A stretch of DNA of 64,000 nucleotides from an uncultured Saprospiraceae bacterium (GTDB lineage Bacteria; Bacteroidota; Bacteroidia; Chitinophagales; Saprospiraceae). This document shows, in pieces, positions 17,755 to 28,200 of this stretch. The notes beneath the pieces are model-generated. The model was not told the DNA's origin and searched no databases. It saw only the letters and a program-made list of their open reading frames with translations. The position numbers and the translations under genes were made by a program. Position 1 is the stretch's first letter, and every line of letters starts with the position of its first letter. The stretch spans positions 842 through 64,841 of the forward strand of contig CALGJW010000242.1 of the NCBI GenBank assembly GCA_937930025.1, given 5' to 3'.

Positions 17755-18375
17755 TCAAGTTATATCATCTAAAACACTCATGATTGTCTCAAATTTCTCC
17801 AAACCTCTAGTAAATGATTTATTCCCGGGAAGATTTTTTTTATCATAAAATTCTGACCACCCGCCAATTCTTGCGATTATCCAGCTGGCCCAAGAAAGGT
17901 GGTTAACTTGATAAGGATTTTTTTGTTTTTCTGTTTTTCCCTCATATTTGGTGTTCAGTTTTTTTAAACACTTTATTTCTTTTTGGCTAAAAACATCCTT
18001 CGTTTTTAAATCCGTCTGTCCTTCTCTGGCAGCTTTAAGTTGTAAGATTTTTATCGATGCGCTCATAATTAATAATGCTAATTTTCTTATTCCTCTACCT
18101 GTTTCCAATTCGGTTTTTTCGATGTTAAATCCATCACTCTTGAGTAGTTTAAAATATACTTCTATTGACCATCTTTTTTGATAGATCTTTATTATTCCCA
18201 ATGCATCTTCATTTGTTTTAATTTCTTTACTACTTAAAACTATCCAGTGAACGGGGTCATTAATATTTTCCCCTTCCTGTTTTACTTCAACATATGACAC
18301 CTTTATTGCTGGTGTATCTTTATAATTCTTTCCTGGCCTCAGATAAACTTTATTTCTATCAACCTGCGTACAAAT
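17755..18375 (-). pseudogene. IS4-family DDE transposase, 5'-truncated (C-terminal half only)
   Basis: YQKRWSIEVYFKLLK is an exact Y-x2-R-x3-E-x6-K IS4 signature. The reading frame opens directly at the stop codon of the neighbouring gene (18376) with no ATG. About 205 codons remain, and I recall intact IS4-family transposases being roughly twice that length. The N-terminal DD part is absent. Confidence 0.8.
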
Positions 18376-19218
18376 TTAATACTTCACCTTATTTGGCTCA
18401 TCAAAAATATTCCCAAAGGCTTCCCCCAACTCAGGCGCTTCCAACTCCATCCTTTCCCTCCGCGTAAAGTAATACGAAATAGCAACTCCCATCGGATCGA
18501 TATTCGGTAAGCCTATAATCTCCGTGCGCAATTGCTCTTCTGAAAAACCCCCAATTTTTTCCAACAGCTCCCAATTAATTAAAGCGTTAGGATATTTTTC
18601 ATTTCTATAAGTAAAGAGAAATGCTTTCGCCATTTCGTAGTGTAAGATGGAGAATCTTTTTTCTGGAGCTTGGCTCCACAGGTTGAGGTCATTTAAGGAG
18701 GCGATAATTACGCCATCTTCCGTTTCCATTTCTGAGGCATGGATGTGTTCGGGAAAATTTGGCGATGGGAATTTATTGGGATAGATCACCATGCGTTCAA
18801 ACTTTGGTAAGCGCCAATCCTCGGTTTCTTTCTTGAAAGTCATCTCCACTGCAGGCACTGCAAAGTAGGTTTTCAAATCATCCGGCATGGCGCCAAAGTC
18901 CTCGGGACTTCTCAGGAGGTATTCGTTGGCTAACAAGTAGAGCGTAATTCGGTCTCTAAATTTTTGGGCCTCCACTCCGGAAAGCGAATTATAAAAAGGG
19001 CTGATTTTCTTGATCCAGATTTCCAACCTGGAATCCATCGGCGGGGTGTGTTTGTTGGCCCACCACCAATCAATGGCTGGGTGCAATGCATAAAGACCTC
19101 CAAGGGCGACAAAAAAAGGAACGCCCCAAAGCGCGTATTTTGAGTCGACCAAAAAAGTAAGTGCGAGAAGGAAGACTAAACATCCTCCAAGGACTACTCC
19201 TATTTTTCTAGATAACAT
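18376..19218 (-). CDS. Hypothetical membrane-anchored protein
   Basis: 280 aa with two N-terminal hydrophobic helices (VVLGGCLVFLLALTFLV, WGVPFFVALGGLYAL) and a soluble C-terminal domain. I recognise no family with confidence. Confidence 0.6.
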   Translation of the reverse strand: MLSRKIGVVLGGCLVFLLALTFLVDSKYALWGVPFFVALGGLYALHPAIDWWWANKHTPPMDSRLEIWIKKISPFYNSLSGVEAQKFRDRITLYLLANEYLLRSPEDFGAMPDDLKTYFAVPAVEMTFKKETEDWRLPKFERMVIYPNKFPSPNFPEHIHASEMETEDGVIIASLNDLNLWSQAPEKRFSILHYEMAKAFLFTYRNEKYPNALINWELLEKIGGFSEEQLRTEIIGLPNIDPMGVAISYYFTRRERMELEAPELGEAFGNIFDEPNKVKY

Positions 19219-19341
19219 GGGACAAAATTAAACTTTCTTATCTAGTGGGATGTTTTTTTCTTAAATAACAGTCCTTAAATTTAAGGGGTTGTGTTTCTAA
19301 TCAGCCGAATTCCACCCCCTACTTTTCCTTCAAAAAAACCA

Positions 19342-19349
19342 TACCTTTG
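19342..19349 (+). promoter_or_regulatory. Candidate -7 promoter box (TAnnTTTG) for the aldehyde dehydrogenase gene
   Basis: TACCTTTG matches TAnnTTTG. It overlaps the upstream TTG start proposed by the ORF track (19347), which supports the ATG at 19398 as the real start. No clear -33 TTG. Confidence 0.35.
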
Positions 19350-19397
19350 CACCGCAAATCTAACCGCCTCAGTAGGCACCAAATTATAAACCACTTT

Positions 19398-20924
19398 ATG
19401 AAAAAGGACTTTCTGAAAAAACTTGGCTTAAAAGCCAAAAACAACGGAACAAGCACTGGCCTTAAATCCACTGCTTCTAAGACATATATTGATAGTTATT
19501 CTCCGGTTGATGGGAAATTGATCGGGTCTGTTTCGGTTACTACCCGAAAGGATTACGACAAGGTGATGGCTACTGCCCAAAAGGCCTATGCTACTTGGAG
19601 AACGACTCCAGCTCCTCATCGGGGAGAAATAGTAAGACAATACGGGGAAGCATTGAGAGCGAATAAGGACTCGTTGGGAAAATTGGTTTCCTACGAAATG
19701 GGGAAATCTTTGCAAGAGGGATATGGAGAAGTACAGGAGATGATTGACATCTGTGATTTTGCAGTGGGATTATCTAGACAACTCTATGGATTGACAATGC
19801 ATTCTGAAAGACCTAGTCATAGAATGTATGAGCAATATCATCCGCTTGGAGTGGTAGGGATTATTTCCGCGTTTAACTTTCCAGTGGCGGTTTGGTCTTG
19901 GAATGCGATGATCGCTTTGGTTTGCGGTGACGTTTCTGTTTGGAAGGGTTCTGAAAAAACACCATTGTGTTCTGTGGCTTGTCAAAATATTTTTCACAAA
20001 GTATTAAAGGCGAATAAAGTTCCTGAGGGAGTGAGTTGTATCATCAATGGTGATTACAAGGTTGGGGAATACATGACCAAGGATAGAAATATTCCTTTGG
20101 TTTCTGCGACTGGTTCTACGCGTATGGGTAAGATCGTTGCAGCGGAAGTGGCTGGAAGATTAGGACGTACTTTATTGGAGTTAGGTGGAAACAATGCCAT
20201 CATCGTAACGCCAAGTTCTGATATGAAATTAGTTTTAACTGGTGCTGTATTTGGTGCAGTTGGAACTTGTGGACAACGTTGTACTTCAACTAGAAGATTG
20301 ATTGTTCACGAATCTCAATATGATGGGGTTAAGAAAGCATTGAAGAAAGCATACAAACAATTGAAGATTGGTGATCCTTTGAATTCAAAAAATCACGTAG
20401 GGCCATTAATTGACAAGGGTGCTGTGGAGGCTTACTTGAATTCTATTGCGGAAGTCAAAAAGCAAGGTGGAAAAATGATCGTTGACGGTGGTGTCCTGAA
20501 AGGACGTGGCTATGGATCTGGTTGTTATGTGCAACCTTGTATCGCGGAAGCGAAAAACGATATGGCGATTGTGCAGCATGAAACCTTTGCGCCGATTTTA
20601 TATTTAATGAAGTATAAAACATTGGATGAGGCGATTGCGATGCAGAATGCTGTTCCTCAGGGATTATCTTCCGCGATCATGACAACGAATATGCGGGAGG
20701 CGGAATTATTCCTTTCTGCCAATGGATCTGATTGTGGAATCGCCAATGTAAATATTGGAACTTCTGGCGCTGAGATTGGTGGAGCCTTTGGTGGTGAAAA
20801 GGATACTGGAGGTGGACGTGAGTCTGGTTCTGATTCTTGGAAGGCGTATATGAGAAGACAGACGAATACGATTAATTATTCTACTACTTTGCCGTTGGCG
20901 CAGGGGATTAAGTTTGATTTGTAG
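19398..20924 (+). CDS. Aldehyde dehydrogenase, ALDH7 (alpha-aminoadipic semialdehyde / piperideine-6-carboxylate dehydrogenase)-like
   Basis: Start taken at ATG 19398 (MKKDFLKKLGL). ALDH motifs ELGGNNA and the catalytic Cys context GTCGQRCTSTRRL. The WRTTPAPHRGEIVRQ and EKDTGGGRESGSDSWKAYMRR stretches are typical of the ALDH7 subfamily. Confidence 0.85.
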   Translation: MKKDFLKKLGLKAKNNGTSTGLKSTASKTYIDSYSPVDGKLIGSVSVTTRKDYDKVMATAQKAYATWRTTPAPHRGEIVRQYGEALRANKDSLGKLVSYEMGKSLQEGYGEVQEMIDICDFAVGLSRQLYGLTMHSERPSHRMYEQYHPLGVVGIISAFNFPVAVWSWNAMIALVCGDVSVWKGSEKTPLCSVACQNIFHKVLKANKVPEGVSCIINGDYKVGEYMTKDRNIPLVSATGSTRMGKIVAAEVAGRLGRTLLELGGNNAIIVTPSSDMKLVLTGAVFGAVGTCGQRCTSTRRLIVHESQYDGVKKALKKAYKQLKIGDPLNSKNHVGPLIDKGAVEAYLNSIAEVKKQGGKMIVDGGVLKGRGYGSGCYVQPCIAEAKNDMAIVQHETFAPILYLMKYKTLDEAIAMQNAVPQGLSSAIMTTNMREAELFLSANGSDCGIANVNIGTSGAEIGGAFGGEKDTGGGRESGSDSWKAYMRRQTNTINYSTTLPLAQGIKFDL

Positions 20925-20941
20925 ATATTATTTTTTCATAC

Positions 20942-20977
20942 AAAAGGGCTATTTGCTGATTTGCAAATAGCCCTTTT
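20942..20977 (+). terminator. Intrinsic terminator downstream of the ALDH gene
   Basis: AAAAGGGCTATTTGC (20942-20956) and GCAAATAGCCCTTTT (20963-20977) form a perfect 15-bp stem with a 6-nt loop and a T-rich tail. Confidence 0.7.
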
Positions 20978-21262
20978 GTTATTTCTTGACTTGAGCTGGT
21001 TTGTTCTACTATAAATTTGCGCTCTTTCTAGGCTTTGGTTATTCGCTTTGTGGTTTTTCTTCTTTTATATTTTGACGAAGATTTTTAGGTTGTATTTACT
21101 TTGGGGCTACAAACATTACGCCCCACTGGGGCTTAGGTTGTTTTGCATTGGAGGTTTTTATGCTATTTATTTACTTTCTTTTTTCATTGTAAAAAATCTA
21201 TGCAAATCATTCAACTCTTTTTCCAACAATTTTGTTACATTTAATTCTTATAACACTCATGA

Positions 21263-21925
21263 ATGAAAAGTCTCTATAAATTTAGCCTGGGCGCAGCTCT
21301 GGTGCTTTTGTTGTTTTCCTCTTGTAAAGAGGATGATTCTATCGAAAATGTAATTTCGCTTTTAGCTCCCAAAACTAACGAAACTGTTCTTCCTTGTTGC
21401 GCTAAGATAGATTGGCAACTAACCGAGTTTAGTCCTGTAGAAATTGAATTGTATTCGAACTCAGATTATAGCTCAGGATTAATTCACAAAGCTTCGTCAT
21501 CTGCCTTGTCTTATTCCTTTCCGATATCACTACTTCCGCAAAAAACGTACTATTTGCGTATTACCGCCCCAAACGCAACTGAATTGAGGACGGCAATAAA
21601 AACGACAAACTATCTTGATCTTTTTGAAGGGACGCATGAAGTGGAAATAAATCGACGAACTTTAATGTCAGGATTTTCAGACACTACATTCTATAGTCAA
21701 TTAAATTTCACAGTTCTTGATAGTGAATTGGTAAAAATGGAAGAACCTGAAACAGGCCTTTCGATCGAATTACCATTTGACGAACTAAATGATTCAACTG
21801 CAATTTGGTATGTAAGTGAAAATCCAGATGGGAATGTTCGTTTGGGTATTCAAGATACAAGTTTCATCAGTCGGTGGTATCCAAATGGTTTCACTTTAGG
21901 GCCTTATTGGGAATATTCTGAATAA
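21263..21925 (+). CDS. Hypothetical lipoprotein
   Basis: MKSLYKFSLGAALVLLLFSSCKEDD has a signal peptide and lipobox. No recognisable family. Confidence 0.6.
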   Translation: MKSLYKFSLGAALVLLLFSSCKEDDSIENVISLLAPKTNETVLPCCAKIDWQLTEFSPVEIELYSNSDYSSGLIHKASSSALSYSFPISLLPQKTYYLRITAPNATELRTAIKTTNYLDLFEGTHEVEINRRTLMSGFSDTTFYSQLNFTVLDSELVKMEEPETGLSIELPFDELNDSTAIWYVSENPDGNVRLGIQDTSFISRWYPNGFTLGPYWEYSE

Positions 21926-21949
21926 TATCTTTTTAGAAGTAATCAAATT

Positions 21950-22645
21950 CTAAAGTCGCTCAATATTACTTAAGTCGTCTAGCAGAATATTTCCGATACC
22001 GGAACTATTCGACTCGTCTGGGATGATTTCGAATATGATGTGCGTATAGGAATCGATTGGAGAGATTTCAATTGTCTCTTTTTTCCAGTCATGAAAAATA
22101 ATTGGTGCCGATTCGTATAGGGCTTCCATTTTTTCTCGACCATCAAAACTTCCCCAAATTTTTAGTCGACAAGGTTGTTGAGCTGTTGAATATTCTTCGC
22201 TTAACTTTTCGTTTAATTGGTAGGAGCAAGCGTTATAGGAGAAGCTGTACTCCGCATCTATTTCCAAAGGCTTATATAACTTTTGGCTTAGTTCGCCTTT
22301 TCCTTCTGGGCCTATATCCAAGCAAGCGTAATATTTTCCATGTTTGGGATAAATTGATTCCTTATAATAACGAGCCCAAGAACCTTCGATGGCTGATGTG
22401 TAATCGAATCCACTAGCTGCATTCCAGTCCAATGGAATTTTCGGAGAGGCTGGCGTCCCATTTCTTGTTCTTCCAAAACGTTCCGCTGTTCTACTATCTA
22501 CTTTCTCAAAAGAGCGATTCAATATATAAATCGTCTTTTCATGGGTTTCCAAATCAGATGTGGTGACTCCATCCGGAGTAGTAATCATTTTACTCGAATT
22601 ACATGCAACGAGAATAAAGAAGGTGGCGAAAAATAAATACCTCAT
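21950..22645 (-). CDS. Hypothetical lipoprotein
   Basis: ATG at 22645 gives MRYLFFATFFILVACNSSK (lipobox) and lies 1 nt after the upstream stop. The track start at 22657 is a TTG. No recognisable family. Confidence 0.6.
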   Translation of the reverse strand: MRYLFFATFFILVACNSSKMITTPDGVTTSDLETHEKTIYILNRSFEKVDSRTAERFGRTRNGTPASPKIPLDWNAASGFDYTSAIEGSWARYYKESIYPKHGKYYACLDIGPEGKGELSQKLYKPLEIDAEYSFSYNACSYQLNEKLSEEYSTAQQPCRLKIWGSFDGREKMEALYESAPIIFHDWKKETIEISPIDSYTHIIFEIIPDESNSSGIGNILLDDLSNIERL

Positions 22646-22646
22646 T

Positions 22647-23354
22647 CTAGAATTCAACTAATCTCCAATTATCTAAATATAAATATTCTCCATCGAACTC
22701 TAGCACACCGGTTATTTTTACTATACAAGAAAACTGGTCTGGATTTGGGGTTTGCAACAATAGCAGTCCTCTTCTTTTAATCCCTACATGTGCTTGTTCA
22801 TTAATTATTAAGGAATTGTCAAATAGGTCCATGATCTCGGCTGCCTCCATTTCCTTTGTACAATTAAACACTTTATATTTATTAAGCGCTCGGAAAGATT
22901 GGAGATCTCCAACTTCTAATTCCCTGAGCAATATTCCTGGGGTCCGGTGATCCATAAAACTAATTGGGGCTAGCTTTTTGGAGTTCAAAATATCTCTGTC
23001 TTTGTCTCTAATAATTTCATGTTTTCCCTCTAAATCTGGATCTCTTATAAATCCGATTGTATTCACTATTCGAAATGCGTCATAGAATTGCTCACTCTTT
23101 TTACCATAGGTGCCAGAATTAAGAATCATCCCGTAAAAGGTGATCTTTTTCCCTCCAAGTTTTTGGATTAAAAATTCATTTTGTTCTTCAAAAGAAACAG
23201 AACCCATTTCAGACTTTACAGCCTCTACATGATCAAAGCCATTGCCTTCTAGTTCTTCTAACTCCTCTTCGTCTCTAAATTCATAGGTAGATGAATTTTG
23301 GGAAATACAGGTAAAATAAAGTCCCAAGCAAAAAATTAAACTAAGTAGTTTCAT
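22647..23354 (-). CDS. Hypothetical secreted protein
   Basis: MKLLSLIFCLGLYFTCISQ is a signal peptide, followed by an acidic N-terminal stretch. No recognisable family. Confidence 0.6.
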   Translation of the reverse strand: MKLLSLIFCLGLYFTCISQNSSTYEFRDEEELEELEGNGFDHVEAVKSEMGSVSFEEQNEFLIQKLGGKKITFYGMILNSGTYGKKSEQFYDAFRIVNTIGFIRDPDLEGKHEIIRDKDRDILNSKKLAPISFMDHRTPGILLRELEVGDLQSFRALNKYKVFNCTKEMEAAEIMDLFDNSLIINEQAHVGIKRRGLLLLQTPNPDQFSCIVKITGVLEFDGEYLYLDNWRLVEF

Positions 23355-23663
23355 TATTTAAATTTTGTAACAAGATAGTTGATAAAGATCGTTGGGGTTA
23401 GGCTTTAACTATTGTTAAGTTGATTTTGAGCGAATTTTGGCTTTTTTTAAATAATAATTAAGGAATTGAGGGGCGAATTTCGCTTACTTCTTATTCGTAT
23501 GATCGCATCACATCCCCTAACTCTTCTAGTGTGATTGATTTTTCTATGCCGTATTCAATCATTAGGCTAAAATTTTCGGTTTAAAAATAAGAGGACTGAT
23601 ATAGGATTCACTGGTATTTCTGAGGTTCATTCTATTCTATACCATAACTTTTGTATCTTTTTT

Positions 23664-24287
23664 TTGAAAGTCAGTTATAGTATCGAATTTAAACGAAAAA
23701 CGAAGCTGGTGAGCGAAGCCATTAGAATAAAAACTTTGATTTCAGAAGAATGGGAATTGATTCAATTGTCCAAAAAGAATCCCCAGCACTTCAAAGAACT
23801 GTACAAACGGTACTACAAGCAAATTTTTGTTTTTATTCTTAAAAGAACCAATGATAAAAGCGCTTCTGCTGACATCTGTTCGGAAGTTTTTCTTACTGCG
23901 CTTACGAAATTGGATCAATATCAAAACCGAGGATTTCCTTTTTCTTCCTGGTTATACAAAATAGCGGTCAATGCCTGCACAGATCATTTTAAGGATGAAG
24001 CCAAAAAGCGCTATCTGGTATTAGATGGAACAATGAAAAACGATTTGATGGACGAGGTGGCGGAAAAGGGAACTGACGTAGAATCCATTCGAGCGACAAT
24101 TATTCCGGCGTTGGACGAATTATCGCCGAAAGAATTGGAACTAATCGAACTTAGATATTTTGAAAAAATATCCTTTAGGGAAATTGCTTTCTACTTCGAC
24201 ATAACTGAAAACAATGCCAAGGTGAGGACCTATCGAATACTGCACAAATTAAAATCGATTATTACGAGTAATTCAAATGAAGAATAA
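23664..24287 (+). CDS. RNA polymerase ECF-type sigma-70 factor
   Basis: Region 2 (FKELYKRYYKQIFVFILKRT...FPFSSWLYKIAVNACTDHF) and region 4 HTH (LSPKELELIELRYFEKISFREIAFYFDITENNAKVRTYRILHKLK). The start is uncertain: TTG at 23664, or GTG near 23709. Confidence 0.8.
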   Translation: MKVSYSIEFKRKTKLVSEAIRIKTLISEEWELIQLSKKNPQHFKELYKRYYKQIFVFILKRTNDKSASADICSEVFLTALTKLDQYQNRGFPFSSWLYKIAVNACTDHFKDEAKKRYLVLDGTMKNDLMDEVAEKGTDVESIRATIIPALDELSPKELELIELRYFEKISFREIAFYFDITENNAKVRTYRILHKLKSIITSNSNEE

Positions 24288-25170
24288 ATATCACATATTA
24301 AATGAATCCCCTAAAGTTTCGGATCGAGAGCTCGAAGGGTATATGGATTTTGATGCGCTTGTGGAAAAGAGCGCAGCATCTTCCGGCTCGAGCAAAAGTG
24401 ATTCTAGAAAATATTGGCGGTTAGGAATTCTAATTGCTTGCCTTATAGGAACTGGCATCTGGATATGGTCCAATCAAAAATCAAATTTGCCAATAACCAC
24501 AGAAGTTTTTACTGACAAAAGAAACAACGAAAATTTTGAACCTATTGAAAATAATACTCCCCAAAATATTACGCCACCACCTATTGTAACAAATTCAGCT
24601 AACGATATTGAACCCGCTACTACGACTCAGACAACAAATCAAATCCTAACAAAAAAATCCCAGAGCAAGCCGGAAGTGGAAGCCTCCATAAATGCGTTCC
24701 CAAAAACTACAGCTCCAAAAGTTGAAACTAAACCTGAACAATCAATTACTAGCAAGGTACCTCAAAACAATGATCGCCAAACAAAAAAGCGCAATAGTGT
24801 ACGTTCTGAAACAAGCAGCCCAGTAAAAGAGACACGGAGCACTTTAGAGAAAGAGGAATACATTTTTGTAGATGCGCAACCTAAAGGCGGAACCAAAGCA
24901 CTATATAAATTCATTAATGAAACTTTGGCCTATCCCGCCGAAGTAGTAGACAAACAAATTGAAGGTGAAGTGCTTATTGGTTTCATAATCGCTAAAGATG
25001 GCCGTCCCAAAAATGTAAAAGTTGAAAAATCACTTGGCGAACATTTTGACAAAGAAGCCATCAGGGTTATTCAAGGAATGCCGGACTGGACTCCTGCTCT
25101 GTTAAACGGAATGAAGATGGAGAGCAAAATATCTATTCCACTTTTTTTTAACCCAAAAACTAATAACTAA
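24277..25170 (+). CDS. Single-pass membrane protein with TonB C-terminal domain (putative anti-sigma / transducer)
   Basis: Overlaps the sigma gene by 11 nt. One TM helix (WRLGILIACLIGTGIWIW), a Pro/Thr/Gln/Lys-rich linker, and a TonB_C-like end (VDAQPKGGTKALYKFINETLAYPAEVVDKQIEGEVLIGFIIAKDGRPKNVKVEKS...). Confidence 0.75.
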   Translation: MKNKYHILNESPKVSDRELEGYMDFDALVEKSAASSGSSKSDSRKYWRLGILIACLIGTGIWIWSNQKSNLPITTEVFTDKRNNENFEPIENNTPQNITPPPIVTNSANDIEPATTTQTTNQILTKKSQSKPEVEASINAFPKTTAPKVETKPEQSITSKVPQNNDRQTKKRNSVRSETSSPVKETRSTLEKEEYIFVDAQPKGGTKALYKFINETLAYPAEVVDKQIEGEVLIGFIIAKDGRPKNVKVEKSLGEHFDKEAIRVIQGMPDWTPALLNGMKMESKISIPLFFNPKTNN

Positions 25171-25218
25171 AACAGGACCACAACCGAAACTACTCAGACT
25201 ATCCAACAAAAAAAAGCT

Positions 25219-28200
25219 ATGTTCAATCAATTAATTTACAAACGACTTAGAAGTCTAGGCCTACTGCTAATACTTAGCTTAGGAATGAATGCACAGACAT
25301 TCGAGCTCAAACAATCTTTGGACTTTTTGGGAATACAAAATCCAGTTGCTCACATCGTTGATTTGAACAATGATGGAAAGTTGGATGCCTTTATCAGAGG
25401 GGAAGACAACAGTGGGCAACTTCAATATTTGATATTAGCCAGAACTATCGGAACTGATTCTACTCAAAGCGAAGTGTTCAATGTCTTTCCTACTACTGTA
25501 ACAATGGGCAGTAATGGTGTTTTTACTTTTTCAGATTTGAACAACGACAACTTGATGGATCTTGTCATTTCTGGAAAAGACACCAACGGAACTATCAAAA
25601 ATGAAATTCATTTGGGAAGCGCTGATTTTAGCTTCCAAACACCGCTCACACTTCCCTCCTTTGAAGCCGAAAACATTGCCGTAGCTGATTTAAATAATGA
25701 CGGTCAAAAAGAAATTGTTTGGCAGGGATTAGACAATGCAGGCATTGTAGCTCTTCAAATTTTGAGCACGAATGATGGCATCAATTACCAGGCTGAAAAT
25801 CTATCTCTTCCTGCCCTTAGCCAAGGTGATTTGGTTTTATTTGACTTTGATAAAAACAATTATGTAGACCTACTGTATCAAGGTCTTGATGCTACAGGAA
25901 CAGCCACCTCTTTATATCTTAATAATGCCAAGGACTTTAATTTTGAGCAAACACCAAGTGGCATCGCAGGACTAAGTAACGGAAATATTAAAGTGGCAGA
26001 TTACAATGCAGATGGCCTAGCGGATGTTTTAGTTCATGGGGTTACTACAGCCGGCCAGCCAACTTCAGAGGTTTACCTTAACAATGCCACCAATTTTGAT
26101 CTAGCTCCCCTTACTTTATCGGGAATTGGAAAAGGTCATGCTCAATTTGCAGATTTAAATCATGACGGCTTGGTAGATATTTCTTTGCAAGGAGCCGAAG
26201 CAGGTGGTGGTTTAGTCAATTTAACTTTCTTGCAAAATGCCGGTGGAACAGTTGATCTAGTTCCTAATTTAATTCCAAACGGATCTGAGTTGTCTCAACT
26301 TTTCGGAGATTTTTATTTCGATGGAAATTTGGATGTTTTGCAAATGAAAAAGGTTTCCGGCAATTGGGTTTTTGAATTTCTCCAAAATACTGGACTTGAA
26401 AAAAATATCGGCCCCATTGGTCCTGCTCAACGCTTCGCTATCCAAACATTTGACGATGTAAAAGTATTTTGGTCCGGAACGCTTGATGATAAAACACCCT
26501 CGCCTTCCATAAGCCATGATATTTATATTGGAACAGCTTCCCGAACTTCTAATTCCTTATCTCCAAGTTTTGATTTGGAAGGAAGACGAAGAGTCTTGGT
26601 AGGCCATGGCAATCAAAGTTTAAATTCAGAATTGAATATTTTCGATCTGGCACCGGACATTTATTACTATGGTATTCAAGGAGTAGACAATTCGCTCCAT
26701 GCGACTAGCGCTGACACTGGAACGATAGACAACTTCATTGAAGACACATTTGTTGTTTGCGATGATTTAACTACAGAAAATCTTTTGCTTTGTTTGGGTG
26801 GAGATATCACCTTATCAAATGGAGGAAATCTGAGCGCTTGGTATTCCACCGCCCAAGGTCTTTTGGGCTTAGGAATTAATTTGCCTTATACGCCAACCGG
26901 GCCGGATACTATTTTTTATAGTACTCCAGGTAGTCTAGATTGCGCAGATCAGGGAGCGATAATTGTGGGCATTACGTTACCTGCAGCATTAGTGCCATTA
27001 CAAGATTTTATTGGTTGCGAAGTAGATTTTAGCGGTTTGAACTATCAAGGAGCTTATGATAGCTTGCTTTGGACTTCCATGAATACAGGTCAAACATTCA
27101 CCGATAATCCTGTGCAAACTGTTCCCGCTTTAATGGATGTCTTTTTCTTGGAAATATACCAATGTGGTTTGACATTTTATGATACCATGTCCATTGAAAT
27201 ATTTCCAACAATGGACATAACTGTGAATCCTGATAATGCCGAAATTTTTCTTGGAGGTTCTGTTCAACTAAATGCAGCAGGTGCTCAGAATTATCTATGG
27301 ACTCCTGGGGGAAGTTTAGATCAGAACGACATCGCCAATCCAATTGCTTCGCCTAATCAAACAACAACTTATCAAATTACTGGTACAGATATAAATGGTT
27401 GCGATGCCTTTGGATCAACAACCGTAACGGTTTATGACTTCCAAAACTTACCAAATTTAAACCCTTGCCTGGGCGAGGAAGTCAGTATTTTCTTCCCACA
27501 TAATTTTGACGCCATACAATGGACTATTGGCACGGGCAACTCCACCTTTACTAACCCTTTAACTTTTACCGCAGATTCTTCAACCACAGTATATTTAGAA
27601 GTAGCAATTGGAAACCTTATCTGGTTCGATACGATTCTTGTCAGTCCTCAACAATTTGAAATTACCGTTGCCGCGGATACGTTGGAAATATTTGCTGGTG
27701 ATTCTGTTCAGCTCGAAGCATTTGGTTCAACGAATTACAATTGGACTCCTGCTCAAGGATTAAGCGCTACGAATATTTCAAACCCAATTGCTCAGCCAGA
27801 TCAAACTACCTTGTATACAGTTACAGGTGAGAATTCATCGATGTGCGTGGACTCAGCAACCGTCTTGGTGATCGTTTATAATTTTCAAAATATTCCTGAT
27901 ACCACAGTTTGTCTTGACGCTGAGTTAACGCTCTTTTTTACTGGTGCATTTGATGAATTATTGTGGACCATTGATGGAACAAACATCTCATCTGATGAAA
28001 ATGGTTTTACTTTTATTCCAATAAACGAAGGAGACATTTTTCTTGAAGTGATCGTTGGCGACCTCATATGGTATGATACGTTTACAGTCTCAATCATTGA
28101 TTTAAATATTAGCGTAGCAGAAGACACTTTGACCATTTTTGGAAATGAATCCGTACAACTTTTAGCTACTGGAGCCAACAGTTATTTATGGTCTCCTTCC

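Noticed and set aside
18376-19218. MtfA/M90-like zinc peptidase assignment for the 280-aa membrane protein
   Set aside because: The overall layout is vaguely similar, but no HExxH motif is present (HYEMAKAF sits at the expected place). The resemblance is too weak to call.
21048-21266. 72-aa ORF upstream of the lipoprotein gene
   Set aside because: It has a TTG start and a Phe/Leu/Tyr-rich low-complexity product from AT-rich intergenic DNA, with no supporting motif.
21950-23354. The two adjacent ORFs listed as 235 aa each being tandem paralogues
   Set aside because: No sequence similarity is visible by eye. The equal length in the track is coincidental, and one of them probably starts 12 nt later.
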